A stretch of 63,821 nt of DNA, the filler included, from Octopus bimaculoides (lineage: Eukaryota), in NCBI RefSeq assembly GCF_001194135.2. It is 6 parts of 6 records of this genome, joined end to end, with 100 filler letters (N's around TTAATTAATTAA, not from the genome) between each part and the next. Parts side by side here need not be neighbours in the genome. Positions count along the whole stretch, not along the records: positions 33,071 to 52,442 come from NC_068990.1; 5 more parts are not named here. The stretch is one strand, 5' to 3'. Of the stretch, positions 38,010-51,927 are shown piece after piece. The notes beneath the pieces were generated by a model. It was not told where the DNA came from, did not search any database, and saw nothing but the letters and a program-made list of their open reading frames with translations. The translations under genes and the position numbers were made by a program. Every line of letters begins with the position of its first letter. Positions within the stretch are counted from its first letter, which is position 1.

Positions 38010-38199
38010 GGGGTAGGGTGAGGGTGGGAGTAGAGGTGAGGTATGTGGGAGAGGGTGTAGGATATACATATATACATACATACATAAATATATATATGTG
38101 TATATGTATGTATATATGTATGACTATATGCATATAAAGAGGGAGAGAGTGGGGGGGAGAGAGAGATAATATGTGGGAAGCGTATTTGTTTGTGTGTAT

Positions 38200-38270
38200 A
38201 TATATTCACATATATTCCCATATATTCACATATATTCACATATATTCACATATATTCACATATATTCCCA
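38200..38270. repeat. 10-bp tandem repeat (CATATATTCA/CATATATTCC)
   Basis: Directly visible. Confidence 0.9.
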
Positions 38271-39067
38271 TTATGTTGGCCCTTCTCCAAAGTATCGTAG
38301 CACTTTTCTAGTCAGTCGTAAAGTAATTTGATTCTGAACATTGATAAGAAATAAGAGAATAATATTTCTATCTGAAAGCCACAGATGACGAAGTCGTAAA
38401 CATACGGAGCGTATCACATCATTAGATTATAACCAAGACAACATCATAACCATTTAACCCTCACTGACCCAGAACCATCTACATTCTAAATTTAGCCTCT
38501 GGGTTTTTTTCTTTTTGTTTTTTTCGTTTTATGTTGAAGTACGAACTACGAATAGTGAAACGTGGCAAAGACTCTCAAGAGAACAGAAATATTTCTCCAC
38601 CTTTTGGTACCATGAAAACCTTAGATAATATTCAGTATATTATGATATACTCTGGTAACACTTGTCATTAAAAGTGAAGTGTAGGCTATTAAATCAATTC
38701 TTAATAAATGTTTCATAGTCAAAGCGGCGAGATGCCAGGGTCGTTAGCAGCATTTTCTCCAACCTTACGTTGATTTCAAATTCCGCTGAGGTTGACTTTG
38801 TCTTTTATTCTTTCAGGATCGATCAAATGAGTACCAGTTGAACACTAGGGTCGATGTAATCGATTTATCTTCTCCCTTAAAATTGCTGGCCTTGTGCCAA
38901 GACTGTGAAACCAATATATGTTTCATATTAAACTGATTATTGATAGGTCAGAAGCGACTCTAGGGATATTTCAAATCAGAGCATCAGGTATTGGTACTAA
39001 ATACTGAAAAGAATCTAAACCAACGGTCTCCAGCTTCTGCTCCGCCATCCTCAGAATGTTCAATACA

Positions 39068-39282
39068 TCATTTTCTATTCTAGGCACAAGGCCCGAAATT
39101 TGGGGGGGGGGAGGCAGTCGATTAGATCGACCCCAGTACGCAACTGGCATTTAATTTATCGACCCCGAAAGGATGAAAGGCAAAGTCGACCTCGATGGAA
39201 TTTGAACTCAGAACGTAAAGACAGACGAAATACCGCTAAGCATTTTGCGTGGCGTGCTAACGTTTCTGCCAGCTCGCTTCCT
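39068..39282 (-). mobile_element. SINE family A
   Basis: Full-length similarity. Confidence 0.9.
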
Positions 39283-39585
39283 TGAATGCTCAACACATTG
39301 CTGCCGAAATGACAAATGTATTGTTTTATTTTAGAGTTTCCAACTCTTTATCAACTATTGATTTATCTTCGAGGGAACCTTTGAATGATCCTTACTCATT
39401 CGTTCGACCTTCTAGAAATAGCAGCCAGGCTTTATTCGAACCACAACCTAACTTCTTAAAAAAGTTAAATACGCATTTGTGTTGCATACTTTGAACGTGT
39501 TTTGTCGTAGGTCTCTTCGATCAGAGTTTACTTAAGATTATTAGAATTCATGCCTTGTGCCTACAGTAGAAAGGGTTATTATTTT

Positions 39586-39617
<32 letters not shown>

Positions 39618-41296
39618 TTATTATTATTATCATTATTATTATTATTATTATTATTCCCAAATTTCAGGCCTTGTACCGATAATAGAAATTATTATTATTA
39701 TTATTAGTTCAAATTCCTCTCATCTTTTAGGGATCGATAAAATAAGTACCAATTTGACACTGGGGTCGAAGTAATCGACCTACCCTCTCCCTCGAACCTC
39801 CGAACACACAGCTGTTTTTCGTACGTCATTACGTTCTCAGTTCAAATTCCATGAGTTCGACTATTCCTTTAATCTTTTCGGGGTCGATAAAATAATTACC
39901 AGTTACTCTGTAGCCCAATAAATTGTCTGCCTACTTAAATCAAACTTTATAACAACTGACCCAGCTTCCATTTACTGAACGTATGTCCGATGACCCACCA
40001 TTTACCCAATAATATTCTATAGCTGCCGATTGAAAAGCTATGTCGTGTCTTTTCTTGCATAACTTTGTCATTTCGATTAACTTAACAACAATAATTTTAT
40101 CTTGTCTATCTTCCATATCTACTAATTCTCATTTACTGATGTATACCTACTTCTACATGTTTATTAATGCATGAAGGATAATGTTCCGTTACTGTTACAT
40201 ACCTGTTGACGCATGTGTATTTCTACACTTGCTGACTAACAGCCAATGCAATCAAAAACCAAGTTGGATTTGCAGTCTTTCTTTTTTCTTCTATAAGATA
40301 GAGATACTGTTTGAAGTGATAGTTTTTTTCTTCTTTTTAGTAATTTATTATAAAGAACTTCCAGGCTGGTGAGTTGCTGCTGTTGTTTGGCCCCAAGTGA
40401 GCACTAACCGAGCAGACACAATATTTACCGTCTGTTTATATATCAAAATTATATTGTTCAAAACGTCTTTTCTTAAAGAAGGGTGTGTATATTTTTTAGA
40501 GATTTAGCAACACAAGACACTCAAATGCTGGCTCGACTTGAGTTGTAGATTGATGCGAATGATAATATGCTCAACTAAATATTTTCCTTGTCGTTCTAAG
40601 TTGTGAAGTCGATAGAATACGAACAATCGTTTTGTAAGACATGGTACATACACGACTGCATTATGCAGTACAAACCTTTTTGAAGATGCATGATGTTGAG
40701 GAAGATTGAGTTAGTATTTCTAACAATTTCAATTTATTACCTATTTCCTGAACAAAGATATACTACTGTTACGGATTCTATTTCTCAAAATTTGATTTAT
40801 TCATATGAAGAAAATCTTATTTCTCACAGAACAGTGTCGATTTGATGGCTTTTAATAAATTTAAATCATTTCTTGATAAACATGATTTCTGACTAATATA
40901 CTTAAAAGTAACTTTTCTTCAGAATGTAGATGAACTTAACAACTTACTCACATTAAAATAGCTTAGATTTACACTAAAATTTCACTTGTGTCTAATATCG
41001 ATTAATACAGTCTGAACGAAGAAAAGTGTTTCTCCAAATGATAAAAATATTGCTTAAAGCTGAAAAAGAAAAGAAATATAAAATATATTCTTCGGCAAGT
41101 ATTTTGCACTTAATATAACTCATTCGCACCTAAAACTTTTGTCACATAAGACAAAATATTCACCAAAAAGACCCTAAATCTGCGAGTCAGTTTTACTTCT
41201 ATTCAAAGTTATATCGCATCAATTAAACGACAGGCAACCTGGAGAACTTTATAAAAAAATCAACTCATAATCTTCTCTTGTAAAACTGAGACATAC

Positions 41297-41402
41297 CGTT
41301 TGCTGAATGAAAAAAATTAAAGCATTTATCTTGTGGTGAGAGTTTGAATGCTCTTGATATTCTAATGACGACATTTCATTTATACCAGCATCAACATTTA
41401 GA
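41297..41402 (-). CDS. Candidate exon of an unknown minus-strand gene (106 bp, phase 2-0)
   Basis: ttattttcag acceptor, ACG|gtatgt donor, one open frame LNVDAGINEMSSLEYQEHSNSHHKINALIFFIQQT; no homology recognised. Confidence 0.3.
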
Positions 41403-41609
41403 CTGAAAATAACGATTCCAATTTTCCCATTTGTAAGGTAATGATCATATGTCAAATAAAATATAATACAAAAGGTGAAAGACATCTCATATAAATATGA
41501 CAACAAATATACTAGTTTGCGTTTTCATAGCTGAAAATATCTGTCAATATAAAAGCATGATGCCATTAACTCTTTTCTCGTGACATCAATATCATCCTAG
41601 GAATTAAGA

Positions 41610-41820
41610 TAGCAAGCTGACTGAATTGTTTGCACGCCGGCAAAATGATTAACGGGATCCCGCCCGTCTTTATGGTCTAAGTTCAAATTCCGCCGAAATC
41701 GAGTTTGCTGTTCATCCTTTCAGGAGTCGATAAAATAAGTACTGAATTCTGGGGGTCGATGTAATCGACTTAGCCCCTTCATCGAAATTACTGGCCTTGT
41801 GCCGGAATTAGAAACCAATA
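41610..41820 (+). mobile_element. SINE family A
   Basis: Full-length similarity. Confidence 0.85.
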
Positions 41821-42813
41821 TCTATCTAGGAAATATGACGCCAATGTATTTCCAAAGAACTTTATTGGTGCAGCAGATGTTAATATAGTTTTGGTTTGTT
41901 TTGTTTTTTATTTATTCACGGTTTATTTATTTATTTTTTTACATGTTAGTCAACAGAGGAAGGTCAGTTACCTGATCTTTTATGTTTCAGGGCCTCGTAG
42001 ACTGATAAGAAAATGAGACAAAATTAATGTCAAATCTTAGCCTCCGTCTTTGCAACAGACTGAACTCCTCTGGTGGTGTTAAACTGATGACACCCAAGAA
42101 ATCAGACATTGAACAAATACCACAAAGCAACTTGTCTGGTGGTCCAAAAATTCCGTCAGTCCAGAGCCTTAGAATGCTACCATATTTTACCAACACTGAA
42201 AGGGTGAAAGGCAAAGTTGACTTCGGTGGGATTTGAACTCAGAAAGCCAGCGCACAGATTCCACGCATTTAATTTTTTTTTTTTATACGCTCATATGACT
42301 CAGTGTCCATTCCTCTCCAAACATCACATATGCAAACATTTGAACTAAGAAGTTCAAACTAACAGAATATTCTCAATCTTCTACAAAGTAGTTATTTACA
42401 TCAGCTTGAAATAGTCTGTTTAAGAATTAAATGTTTTGTCCATAGTCACAGTGTAATAACGCCAGAAGCAGGATATGAATGGCGAACGTTTCGATAATGT
42501 GACTGGGGCCTTATTAACTTTGCTATCTGTAACTATTTGCACAAATAGATAATATAAATACGTCTTTTCGTTTCCAATAGCTCTGAATATTTACACAAAA
42601 CTATTCTGTTTACGATTATTAAATACTTGTTTGTGTTCAGTTCTGGTTTGCAATCATTGAAGGGAAATCGACTATAAAAACTTTCTTTTGAATTATAAAC
42701 CTTTCTGGCCAAACTGAAAAATATTTTGGCATTTGCATAAATACAGAGTTTTCTTGTTCCTACGTAAAATTTGAACTTCGACATTAATTTCCTTGCCAGT
42801 AAAATAAACTCAC

Positions 42814-42893
42814 TAAATATGTTAGAAGCTTCACTGAATATTCCAAATGTTTCCTGATACATTTTCTATTATGCTTCAGGTATGATACGTTTT
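42814..42893 (-). CDS. Candidate exon with a death-fold-like helix (80 bp, phase 1-0)
   Basis: attacag acceptor, TTA|gtgagt donor, NVSYLKHNRKCIRKHLEYSVKLLTYL resembles CARD helices 1-2. Confidence 0.35.
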
Positions 42894-42937
42894 CTGTAAT
42901 ATAATTTACAACACACATCGCACACACACACGTAGGC

Positions 42938-42992
<55 letters not shown>

Positions 42993-43164
42993 TACACACA
43001 CATGCTCACACTCACACACTTTTATGCGCACAAAGAAACACAATCACTGCTCACAAATATACATTTCATTGCTAACAAATATAAATAAGAAACAAAACTC
43101 TTTTACGTATCTACAATTTTAACGAATATACACCCAGCCACACGTACACATGTGTATGTATATA

Positions 43165-43209
<45 letters not shown>

Positions 43210-43219
43210 NNNNNNNNNN

Positions 43220-43253
<34 letters not shown>

Positions 43254-43540
43254 AAAGAAAGGGAAAAAAAAGAGACAGAAAATTAGCTAGCTATGTAGAT
43301 AGGCAGATAGATGGACAAACGAAAGACAATAAGATTCAACACATGTCATGTAGTTTAAATATTTGTATTAACATCTTGACTCATGATTATATTACTGAAA
43401 CTTTAACAAACGTGAAAATGCATGTTTTACTCTGCGGCTGCTAAATACTGATTCACTCTTATGTATTCGATCAGTGAGGCACGCTTGTTTTAAGACATGC
43501 ACCCATGCATATGTATTTATATATGCATGTGTATGTATGC

Positions 43541-43575
<35 letters not shown>

Positions 43576-43857
43576 TGCGCACATATATATAAAAATATAC
43601 AAAAATTACGTGCTATATATATGGGTTAAATGCACCGAAACATTTGTTTCGGGATTCCATGTCCATTTTTTGTTTCTGTATATGGTTTTCTTGTTGTTTC
43701 ACGCCCGTTTACGCCCACCCCCACTCACATACACCTATGTGTCTATATGTGTGGTGAGGTATGAGTGCGTATGTGTCTAATTAAATATTTTGGCATTTTT
43801 TTGTGCATGTATGTACGCATGTATGCTCGTGTGTACGCATGTATGTATGTATGTATG

Positions 43858-43890
<33 letters not shown>

Positions 43891-44777
43891 GTACGCATGC
43901 ATATACGCACATAAATGTTGTATGAAGGGAATTTTGACTGTTTGCCTACAGATATTACAAACTGAATATATATTCATTTTCCAGTCGTAAACTATTCCCC
44001 CACAAGGATATGATAAGATCATGTTGAAGTCACACTTTTATATGTACACCTTCAGAGTGTCGCTATACTTCAGCATATGTTGCATATAATCTATGTATCT
44101 ATGCTATACCGTATGAAATAAACTGCACCTACTTAACAAAATAAAAGTACTGCTAGTGAAATTCCTTGTTGCGGTTGTAGAAAATATCATCACTCCTTAA
44201 CCCACCATGTACCCGTCGTTTAGCGGAGTCACTGGACGGCACTACCCACTCACTATTCAATAGTGCACCCTCAGATTTAGAAAATACAGTTTACAAAATT
44301 CCGTAATGCAAATTAGAGTTCACCCAGAATATTCTGAAGCACCCCCAGTTATCACAGTCTGGCGATGGGCCTGTGCCTCCTATTGACATAAAATCTTCTT
44401 CATAAACCCAAGACAGATCTACAACATCTTCTAAAGAACTATCACGAGCCAATGAAGGTGTCTATACTAATTAGCTCTAAGTGCTAAAAGGCGTCTCTAC
44501 TAGGATAGCTCTTAGTGCTACAAATAATCGCCAAATATCTCGCAAATCACATCTATGTCTTAAAATGTAGGAGCGTTGAATATTGTTGTCTCAAACACAC
44601 TATGCCAGAAATAAATTAAAAGAATATGTCAGGATCCATTACATCATACGCTTGCTAAGTCAAAGCTGAGATCGAACTAAACCGTAATCAGATCAATAAC
44701 CCCGAAGCACTACGTAGAGGTGTATCAACTGTCAGGTTCTAAACGTGAACACCTCGTCAACCTCCGTTACACTAGAA

Positions 44778-45168
44778 CAGTAGTTCCCAACCATTTATTA
44801 CCTCTGGACCCCTTAGATTACTATTTTATTCTGGTGGGCCTCACTATAGCTATCCGATGCTTAAAAAACTAGTTTTATAGATAATTCTTTCAAAATTCCT
44901 ATTTTTGTTTTTCACCCTTCACTTGTGTAGGTTTACAAGCGAACTCTTTGGGAGAACATGTTCCAATGATCAGAAAAATGTTAAACTGTGTAAAACGTTA
45001 GAGAAAGAAACCTTGTTGTTTCTTGCAATAAATACATCTAAAGCAAAATCTTTTCATGGATCCTTTAAATACTACTGTGCATCCCCAATTTACTATTTTG
45101 CTTACGTGGACCCAAAATCTCATAGGGACCACCAGGGGGGTCACATGGACCCTGGTTGGGAACCACTG
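44778..45168. mobile_element. hAT MITE (391 bp)
   Basis: TIR CAGTAGTTCCCAACC / GGTTGGGAACCACTG; perfect 8-bp TSD CACTAGAA (44770-44777, 45169-45176). Confidence 0.92.
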
Positions 45169-46894
45169 CACTAGAATCTACTGTCATGTAAAATTATATC
45201 TTCTGAGGCCTTCTGCTATCAACCACAGTTTATTCTCTACAGAGCGCTAAAATGATGAAATACTGCATATCTGAATGTATCCAGTTTGATTTCTGGAAAG
45301 TTACAAACATCGAAAAGAAATGACAAATATCAAATAAAAATATTTAAAAGCGGAATAATTTGCATTGCATCTTAATTTAAAACTTGAAGGATTCCTTTGG
45401 CTATAATAGATGAAGAAACATAAATAGAATGCCAACAAAGTTTGTCTCTTTCTTTCTAAAAGTATGTACTACTCTATCTTTTCGTTTTCCTTTTTCTCTC
45501 TTGTTCTTTTTCAGCTTTGATTAGAAGGGAGACAATTACTTGATATAGTACTTGTCATGGTTTTCTGCTCTGTTCAAAACTTGACACAAAAGTATACCTG
45601 CAAGTTAGTTCTTTTTGTATATGACATGACAATTTTAAGCCAATGGAATTATATTTTCATTTCACCAAAAATCAGACACTGAAATTGGTTCATAATAGAT
45701 TTTCTGCTTCCGCACCACATTACTTTGCTTAACATCAGTTTTTAGCCAAACGTAAGTAGCACTTTCGTCGTAGAGAAGTTATGTCCCATTTGAACCAACA
45801 TTTTCTCATTTAAAGTGCCAATTTTCATTCGCTAGAGTTTTTTCATTGCTGTTACCAAATCAGTGAAGACACTTCTATACAGTCAAATATACCCACACAC
45901 ACGTGGGGGTGAATTCAGGTGGTATGAAAAGATCTTTCAAATTTTCCCTTGATATCAGCCATTATGTAATCTTCTTGAGCTTCCTAAAGATAAACTTTAT
46001 TTCTAATCAAATAGGTTCGCTGATCCGCCATTTCTTTTATGTGAAATAGGGAGAAGAAAGAGAAGTAGGAATTTTTTTTTAACGTTATACTTACTCAATT
46101 TTACTTAAATATGTTCAGTATTTCATAGTTCTTCTATATCTGTATCTATAAGCAAACTGTTTCTGCATACTTATGTTTCATCAGTATAAAGTATAGATGA
46201 TCAGTTTACTATGCAATTTGTAAATGGCATTTTCTTTCTATGTGTGATAAATAGTTCAAATGTATTCTTATCCGTGACCCTTATTTTATTTCTCATGAAA
46301 CTCTATGTCTACGTTATTGTGTAAACATAAAAATAATAACTTGTTGATAGCAGATCTCTGATGAAGTTGCTGAGTAACGTTTGCATGTGAATGAATTTAG
46401 AACGCATTGGAATAAAAGATGTGCACAGCTGAAAAAAGAAATTTAATCAAGAAGAGGATGTGGCCATGTGCAACAAAGACAATGTTTGTGGATACAAGGA
46501 AACAGCAAAAGTTCACTGGGAAAAAAATATTCATTTTGTTCAGTGTGAGATGTCGAATTATGACAGAGATCATTACAAGGAGAAGAGAGTAAGAGAGAGA
46601 AAATATTACTGGGTTTATTAGATCGCGCCTTTAAGAATTGGAATGTTACATGTAAACATGTAGATTTGTGAGTATGAAATATGGTAAGATTGTAAAAGAT
46701 TGCGAGAGATTAAATTCCGTTAGCCCCTGAGGCATATTTTCAACTGCGGAGACGGAATTAATGTGAAATATATTGCCTTGCTCAGAGACACAACACGCCG
46801 CCCAACCCGAGAATCGAACCTTCGATCTAACGAACGTGTGCCCAACACAGTCGTTAAATCATACACACAGAAACATACATATATGTGTTTGCAT

Positions 46895-47080
46895 ACGGTA
46901 ATCCCTCGCCATATCGCGACTCACCTATCGTGGTTCACTTATCGCGGTTCATCTATCGCGGTTTATTATTTAAGCTTACGTCGATTCCTCCGAGGTGTAG
47001 TTTTGCATTCATAATAAAATAAGTATATACAAATTATAGAAATAATAAAAACATATGCAGTACAATACTGTTTCTACTTC
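46895..47080 (+). mobile_element. pogo/Tigger-like transposon end
   Basis: TA-CGGTAATCCCTCGCCATATCGCG with repeated TATCGCGGTT; only one end seen. Confidence 0.45.
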
Positions 47081-47082
47081 GC

Positions 47083-47468
47083 AGTGTAATAAGAAGCTTG
47101 CTTCCCAACCACATGGTTCCGGGTTCAGTCCTACTGCGTGGCACCTTGGGTAAGTGTCTTTTACTATAGCCTCGAGCCGATCAAAACCTTGTGAGTAGAT
47201 TTGGTAGACGGAAACTGAAAGAAGCCCGTCGTACATATATACATATATATATGTATGTATGTATTTGTGTGTCTGTGTTTGTCATCCTCACCATCGCTTG
47301 ACAACCGATGGTGGTGTGTTTGCCTCTCCATAACCTAGCGGTGCGGCAAAATAGACCGATAGAATAAGTACTAGGCTTACAAAGAATAAGTCCTGGGATC
47401 GATTTGTTCGACTAAAGGCGGCGCTCCAGCATGGCCGCAGTCAAGTGACTGAGACAAGTAAAAGAATA
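47083..47468 (+). mobile_element. SINE family B
   Basis: Near full length. Confidence 0.9.
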
Positions 47469-48399
47469 CACAGTCATATGCGCGTGTACATATTTATATG
47501 TACGCACGTATCTATGCGTATCACTAAATAGATCATTGAACCGAACATCAAAGTGACAGTATGACACTTCTTTGAATTTTGCCAATTTTTCTACGTTATT
47601 TTTTTCCTATACTCTTTTGTTTAGTGTTCTGGTGCTTCTTTCTTTTATTGCATTCTTTCTTATTTTATGTATTTATACATTCAATAATGCAGATTAGCGT
47701 CAGAACATCTATCAAACAAATATTATGGTAAGAGTCATATATAATTGATATCCAAGAATGGTTTTACGTTATCTTTCTATTGTAGTATTGTTTTTATGTG
47801 GCCTTTTATTGTTTCTTTTTTATTTTTCGTTTTCGTCCTTCATTAATATTGCATCGGACGCCCACAGCAAGTCTCTCTAAAGATATGAGTAATTACTCAT
47901 AAAACACGTTACCAATGTGAATTCTGAATACTGAGACTAATTAATTTTTTCTTTATCATTTTTTTTTTTTTTTTACTTTTCTAGCTGAACTTTGACATTA
48001 GTTTAGAACAATGTATTATTTGTTGAAAGCAATTAACAGGAAAGAAAATAAACGAAAACTATTAAGTAATAAAAGTCGGAGCCGGACAAACAAATCTAAT
48101 TACAAAATCATAAGTTAGGATTATGTGATTTCAGTAAGGATGAAGAAATAAATAATTAAAAATACATAGATTAATCTACAGTGATGTCATATGATACAGT
48201 GGTGTCATAAGAATTTATTACACGTTTTGATATTTCTGAACAAAAATGATGTTTAACATAACAAAGAAAACACTTTAAACATTTATGTAAAAATGGGACA
48301 TTAAAAAGAAAGAAAGAAAGAAAGAAAGAATAGTTATTAAAGAAAATGCTTTTGGAAAATGTATACTGAAAGATATTTAGGGCTGTCCACTGACACAGT

Positions 48400-49160
48400 G
48401 GGTGAGGACCCACTGGTTGGGTTGGATTCGAGCCCTCCGAGTGTCTCCCTGTGCGCACTGGTTATACTAGAGCCTGATACACTTGAAAGTGCATGTCAGT
48501 ATCGTCAACTTATTATAAAACAAGAAACAACCCACATTCAGATGTTGAGGATACCTCTGCTTCAGTTGTTGATAAGAATAAATTGTTATTTTTACTAAAA
48601 GTCTGTCATTTGAATGTCTCTTGCATTGCTGCCCAGTTTAGTATTCTGTAATCAGCGTATCAAAATAATATTCACTGCACCATATCTCTGCTATTCTGTT
48701 TATGAACTTTTCAGAAATTCGGGAATTTCATGTAGTCTTCATCGTGGTCGCTGTCTTATTGAGGACTTATACGCTCTTTATCGTTGTCTTCTACTTCAGT
48801 TCGAACTTCTTTTGAAGATCTTCCTCTATTTGCTCTTCATGCTTTCTCCGACAATTTGAAAATCCCGTTATTATCACGCCACTTCACACATGACAATGGG
48901 GAGATACTGGTTATGGTGGAAATTTCTTCGCTATCGCCAAAACTAAGACGATTTATACCTTGAAGACCCTTGAGACTCGTTGTTGTCTTGTTTTTCTTTA
49001 TTGCTCCAATGAGCTGAAGACTCTAAAGGGATTTCACTACCATGCATGTAGTAACTGACCCTCCTGCCCTGCACCACTAATCTCATCTCCTTTCTTTGCG
49101 CACTTACAACTGATATAGACTTGTTGTCTTGATGGTCATAAAGATTTTTATGTCCCAATC
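48400..49160 (-). mobile_element. Decayed ORF1-like segment of an L1/Tx1-type element
   Basis: LVVQGRRVSYYMHGSEIPL..NKEK aligns by eye to FVALQGRKSRYHSNGETNHL..RKEK at 5957-6100; long stop-interrupted frame. Confidence 0.4.
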
Positions 49161-49559
49161 CGATCACACGTCATTATTAGTACTCGTTACCTCAGTACTC
49201 GTTACCTCAGTTCTCGTTGCCTCTCATTGCTGTTCTAGTAATTGAGCAACGACTTTTCAATACATCCATCACTTTTACCTTAATGTTTAGTCAACAACAC
49301 CAAGTACTGAGGTACACGTGTAAACCCTGATGTTTATCGAGTTTTCTCGGTTTATTTACGTGCTTTTATGTTTATACTACAAACGTAAACCCATACGCTT
49401 TTATCTTGGTGAACTGAGGTAATATTATTACACGTGTTGGCTAGTGCTACCTGTAACTATTTCCCTATTGGTGTAAGGAACATCTCCGTCTCCCTAGCAA
49501 GAAAGAACACATTCTAACCCCTTAATAATATGGTCATGAAGAATGCCAGCGTCCTTCGT

Positions 49560-50400
49560 CGTTCAAGCAGTGAAATTCCAACAAGAAAATTTTCTCAACA
49601 GGGAAAAAACTACCAAAGTTAATTGGAGGAAAAGTCCAGATTACTCTGCCCTGTCCAAAACATCAAAACCGGCCTTGTCCAGTTTCATTCTTCCCATTTT
49701 CAAAAGCATGATAACGGTAAGCCATTCAGTTTTGCCAGTCTTATCACTCTCATCCACCTTTTGTTAAACACACCAGAAGGCAGCACCATCCGCTCTACTC
49801 ACACACTCCTTTGAAGAGGTTGATTAAAGTATGACCAAACAGAAAAAGCTTGTCTTAAAACCTTTAAGAATCCGCCACAAGACTTCTTTCTCCACAGCTG
49901 CCTGACTACGAAAGACTAACCACTCTCCCCTACTAAAGTAAAGTGGTGCGTCGATTTCTGCTTTAGACTTAACTGAGAAACGGAGCCGGCTGTTGGTATT
50001 TTCATGTCTTTTGAGGAGGTCTCAAATAAGTAATGCACCCTTGTAGAACCTCTTCTAGCGCTAATGATGATTTGATCCAATTCTGGAACTGGGGGGGCAT
50101 GGTGGGCTGAGAACTGGTGTTTGCTGTTACTGTTACATAATCTGTTGCTCACTGTCACATTTCTTTATTTCTATCTTTCTCGGTTCTTCAGGATAAAAAG
50201 CTCCCAAGTGATATTTTGACATTGCTCCCTGCAAAGTGAGTCTCAAGCACTTCGCTTTGCATTCACAAAGAGGAGCATCTCCGGTATGACTCTTTGGTTT
50301 TAAAGGATTCATAAGAAATTTTGACTCTTCTTAATCACATATTGCCCCCACGACAGTTCTTCACTAACTACTTGACTACAGTGTGACAGAGAGGTGACAG
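49560..50400 (-). mobile_element. Old L1/Tx1-type ORF2 C-terminus and 3' UTR
   Basis: AAVEKEVLWRILKGFKT and VERMVLPSGVFNKRWMRV align to AMGKEVVWWTRLKALKT and LEREVLPSS of the 8640-9862 element. Confidence 0.55.
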
Positions 50401-50983
50401 AGCGAGTANNNNNNNNNNNNNNNNNNNNNNNNNNNNNNNNNNNNNNNNNNNNNNNNNNNNNNNNNNNNNNNNNNNNNNNNNNNNNNNNNNNNNNNNNNNN
50501 NNNNNNNNNNNNNNNNNNNNNNNNNNNNNNNNNNNNNNNNNNNNNNNNNNNNNNNNNNNNNNNNNNNNNNNNNNNNNNNNNNNNNNNNNNNNNNNNNNNN
50601 NNNNNNNNNNNNNNNNNNNNNNNNNNNNNNNNNNNNNNNNNNNNNNNNNNNNNNNNNNNNNNNNNNNNNNNNNNNNNNNNNNNNNNNNNNNNNNNNNNNN
50701 NNNNNNNNNNNNNNNNNNNNNNNNNNNNNNNNNNNNNNNNNNNNNNNNNNNNNNNNNNNNNNNNNNNNNNNNNNNNNNNNNNNNNNNNNNNNNNNNNNNN
50801 NNNNNNNNNNNNNNNNNNNNNNNNNNNNNNNNNNNNNNNNNNNNNNNNNNNNNNNNNNNNNNNNNNNNNNNNNNNNNNNNNNNNNNNNNNNNNNNNNNNN
50901 NNNNNNNNNNNNNNNNNNNNNNNNNNNNNNNNNNNNNNATGATGATGACGACGACGATGATGGTGGTGGTGGTGGGGGGGGTT

Positions 50984-51017
<34 letters not shown>

Positions 51018-51687
51018 CGACGACGATGATGATGATGATGTCGATGTTATTGTTGTTGATAACTTTTCCACCTGAGACGTTCAAACTGACACTTTTGACT
51101 TTTTTAAAATACTATTATTTCCTTTTCGTTCATGTTAAACTTTAATATCTTGCCGTGCAATTTAAATTACTATTCTGTCTGTGAACTGTGTTATTTTGTG
51201 CAATGTCAATTTTCATTTAGTGCAACGTGGCTCGGAATTATCGCAACCATGTTTCTGTGCATGAACGACATGAAGAAGAAATCTAATTTATCTAAAGTAG
51301 AAATAATAAGAATAATTGTTTCTGATTAAAGTAATTTTGAGACGTGATAATTAGTCGATACCAGAAATCCAAGTACTTGACTGGTATTTATTTCATCAAC
51401 CACGGAGGGATAAAAAAACAAAGTTGACTTTGGTAGGATTTGAACTCAGAATGTAAAGAGTGGAAACAAATACCGTAAAGCATTATTTGTGACCGACCCT
51501 CTATCGATTCTGCCAATAAAAGTCAAGCTTAGAGGTTCAACGAGGAATTATTTCAGAACTAATGTTCAGCATGGCTCTCTCGGGGGTCATTAATCACGTG
51601 AATTGAATGTTTTGAGCTAAAAGATGTGCGTGTATGTATAAAAAAATTAATAAATGAATATACACAAAAACAGACAGACAGACAGAC

Positions 51688-51735
<48 letters not shown>

Positions 51736-51763
51736 TCAGATATTTAGTATGTATTAAACTTAC

Positions 51764-51927
51764 TTTGATATCCTCCATCATGGAATTAGTAAGCAGATCC
51801 TGACAGACCATCTCTTTGCATAAATCGTTTGTCCATATTATATTTTGAGCCAAGAATCCTGTGTACTTTCTTAAGATGTCTTTCTGTGAATTATTCATTG
51901 TCGCCTTTACTATGCTGAACCGATGTT
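51764..51927 (-). CDS. CARD-domain exon (first half of a caspase recruitment domain; caspase-9/-2-like or CARD adaptor)
   Basis: MNNSQKDILRKYTGFLAQNIIWTNDLCKEMVCQDLLTNSMMEDIK (ATG at 51898) resembles recalled CASP9 ..LLRRCRLRLVEEL..LLSRELFRPHMIEDIQ; cttgtgtcttgtag acceptor, AAA|gtaagt donor. Confidence 0.75.

Noticed and set aside
38200-38270. Regular short repeats as a possible CRISPR-like array (also the RTE subrepeats)
   Set aside because: No unique spacers, no cas genes, eukaryotic context; these are ordinary tandem repeats.
46355-46395. CTGATGA plus a short stem resembling another hammerhead
   Set aside because: Lacks the GAAA core after stem II and has no stem I pairing.
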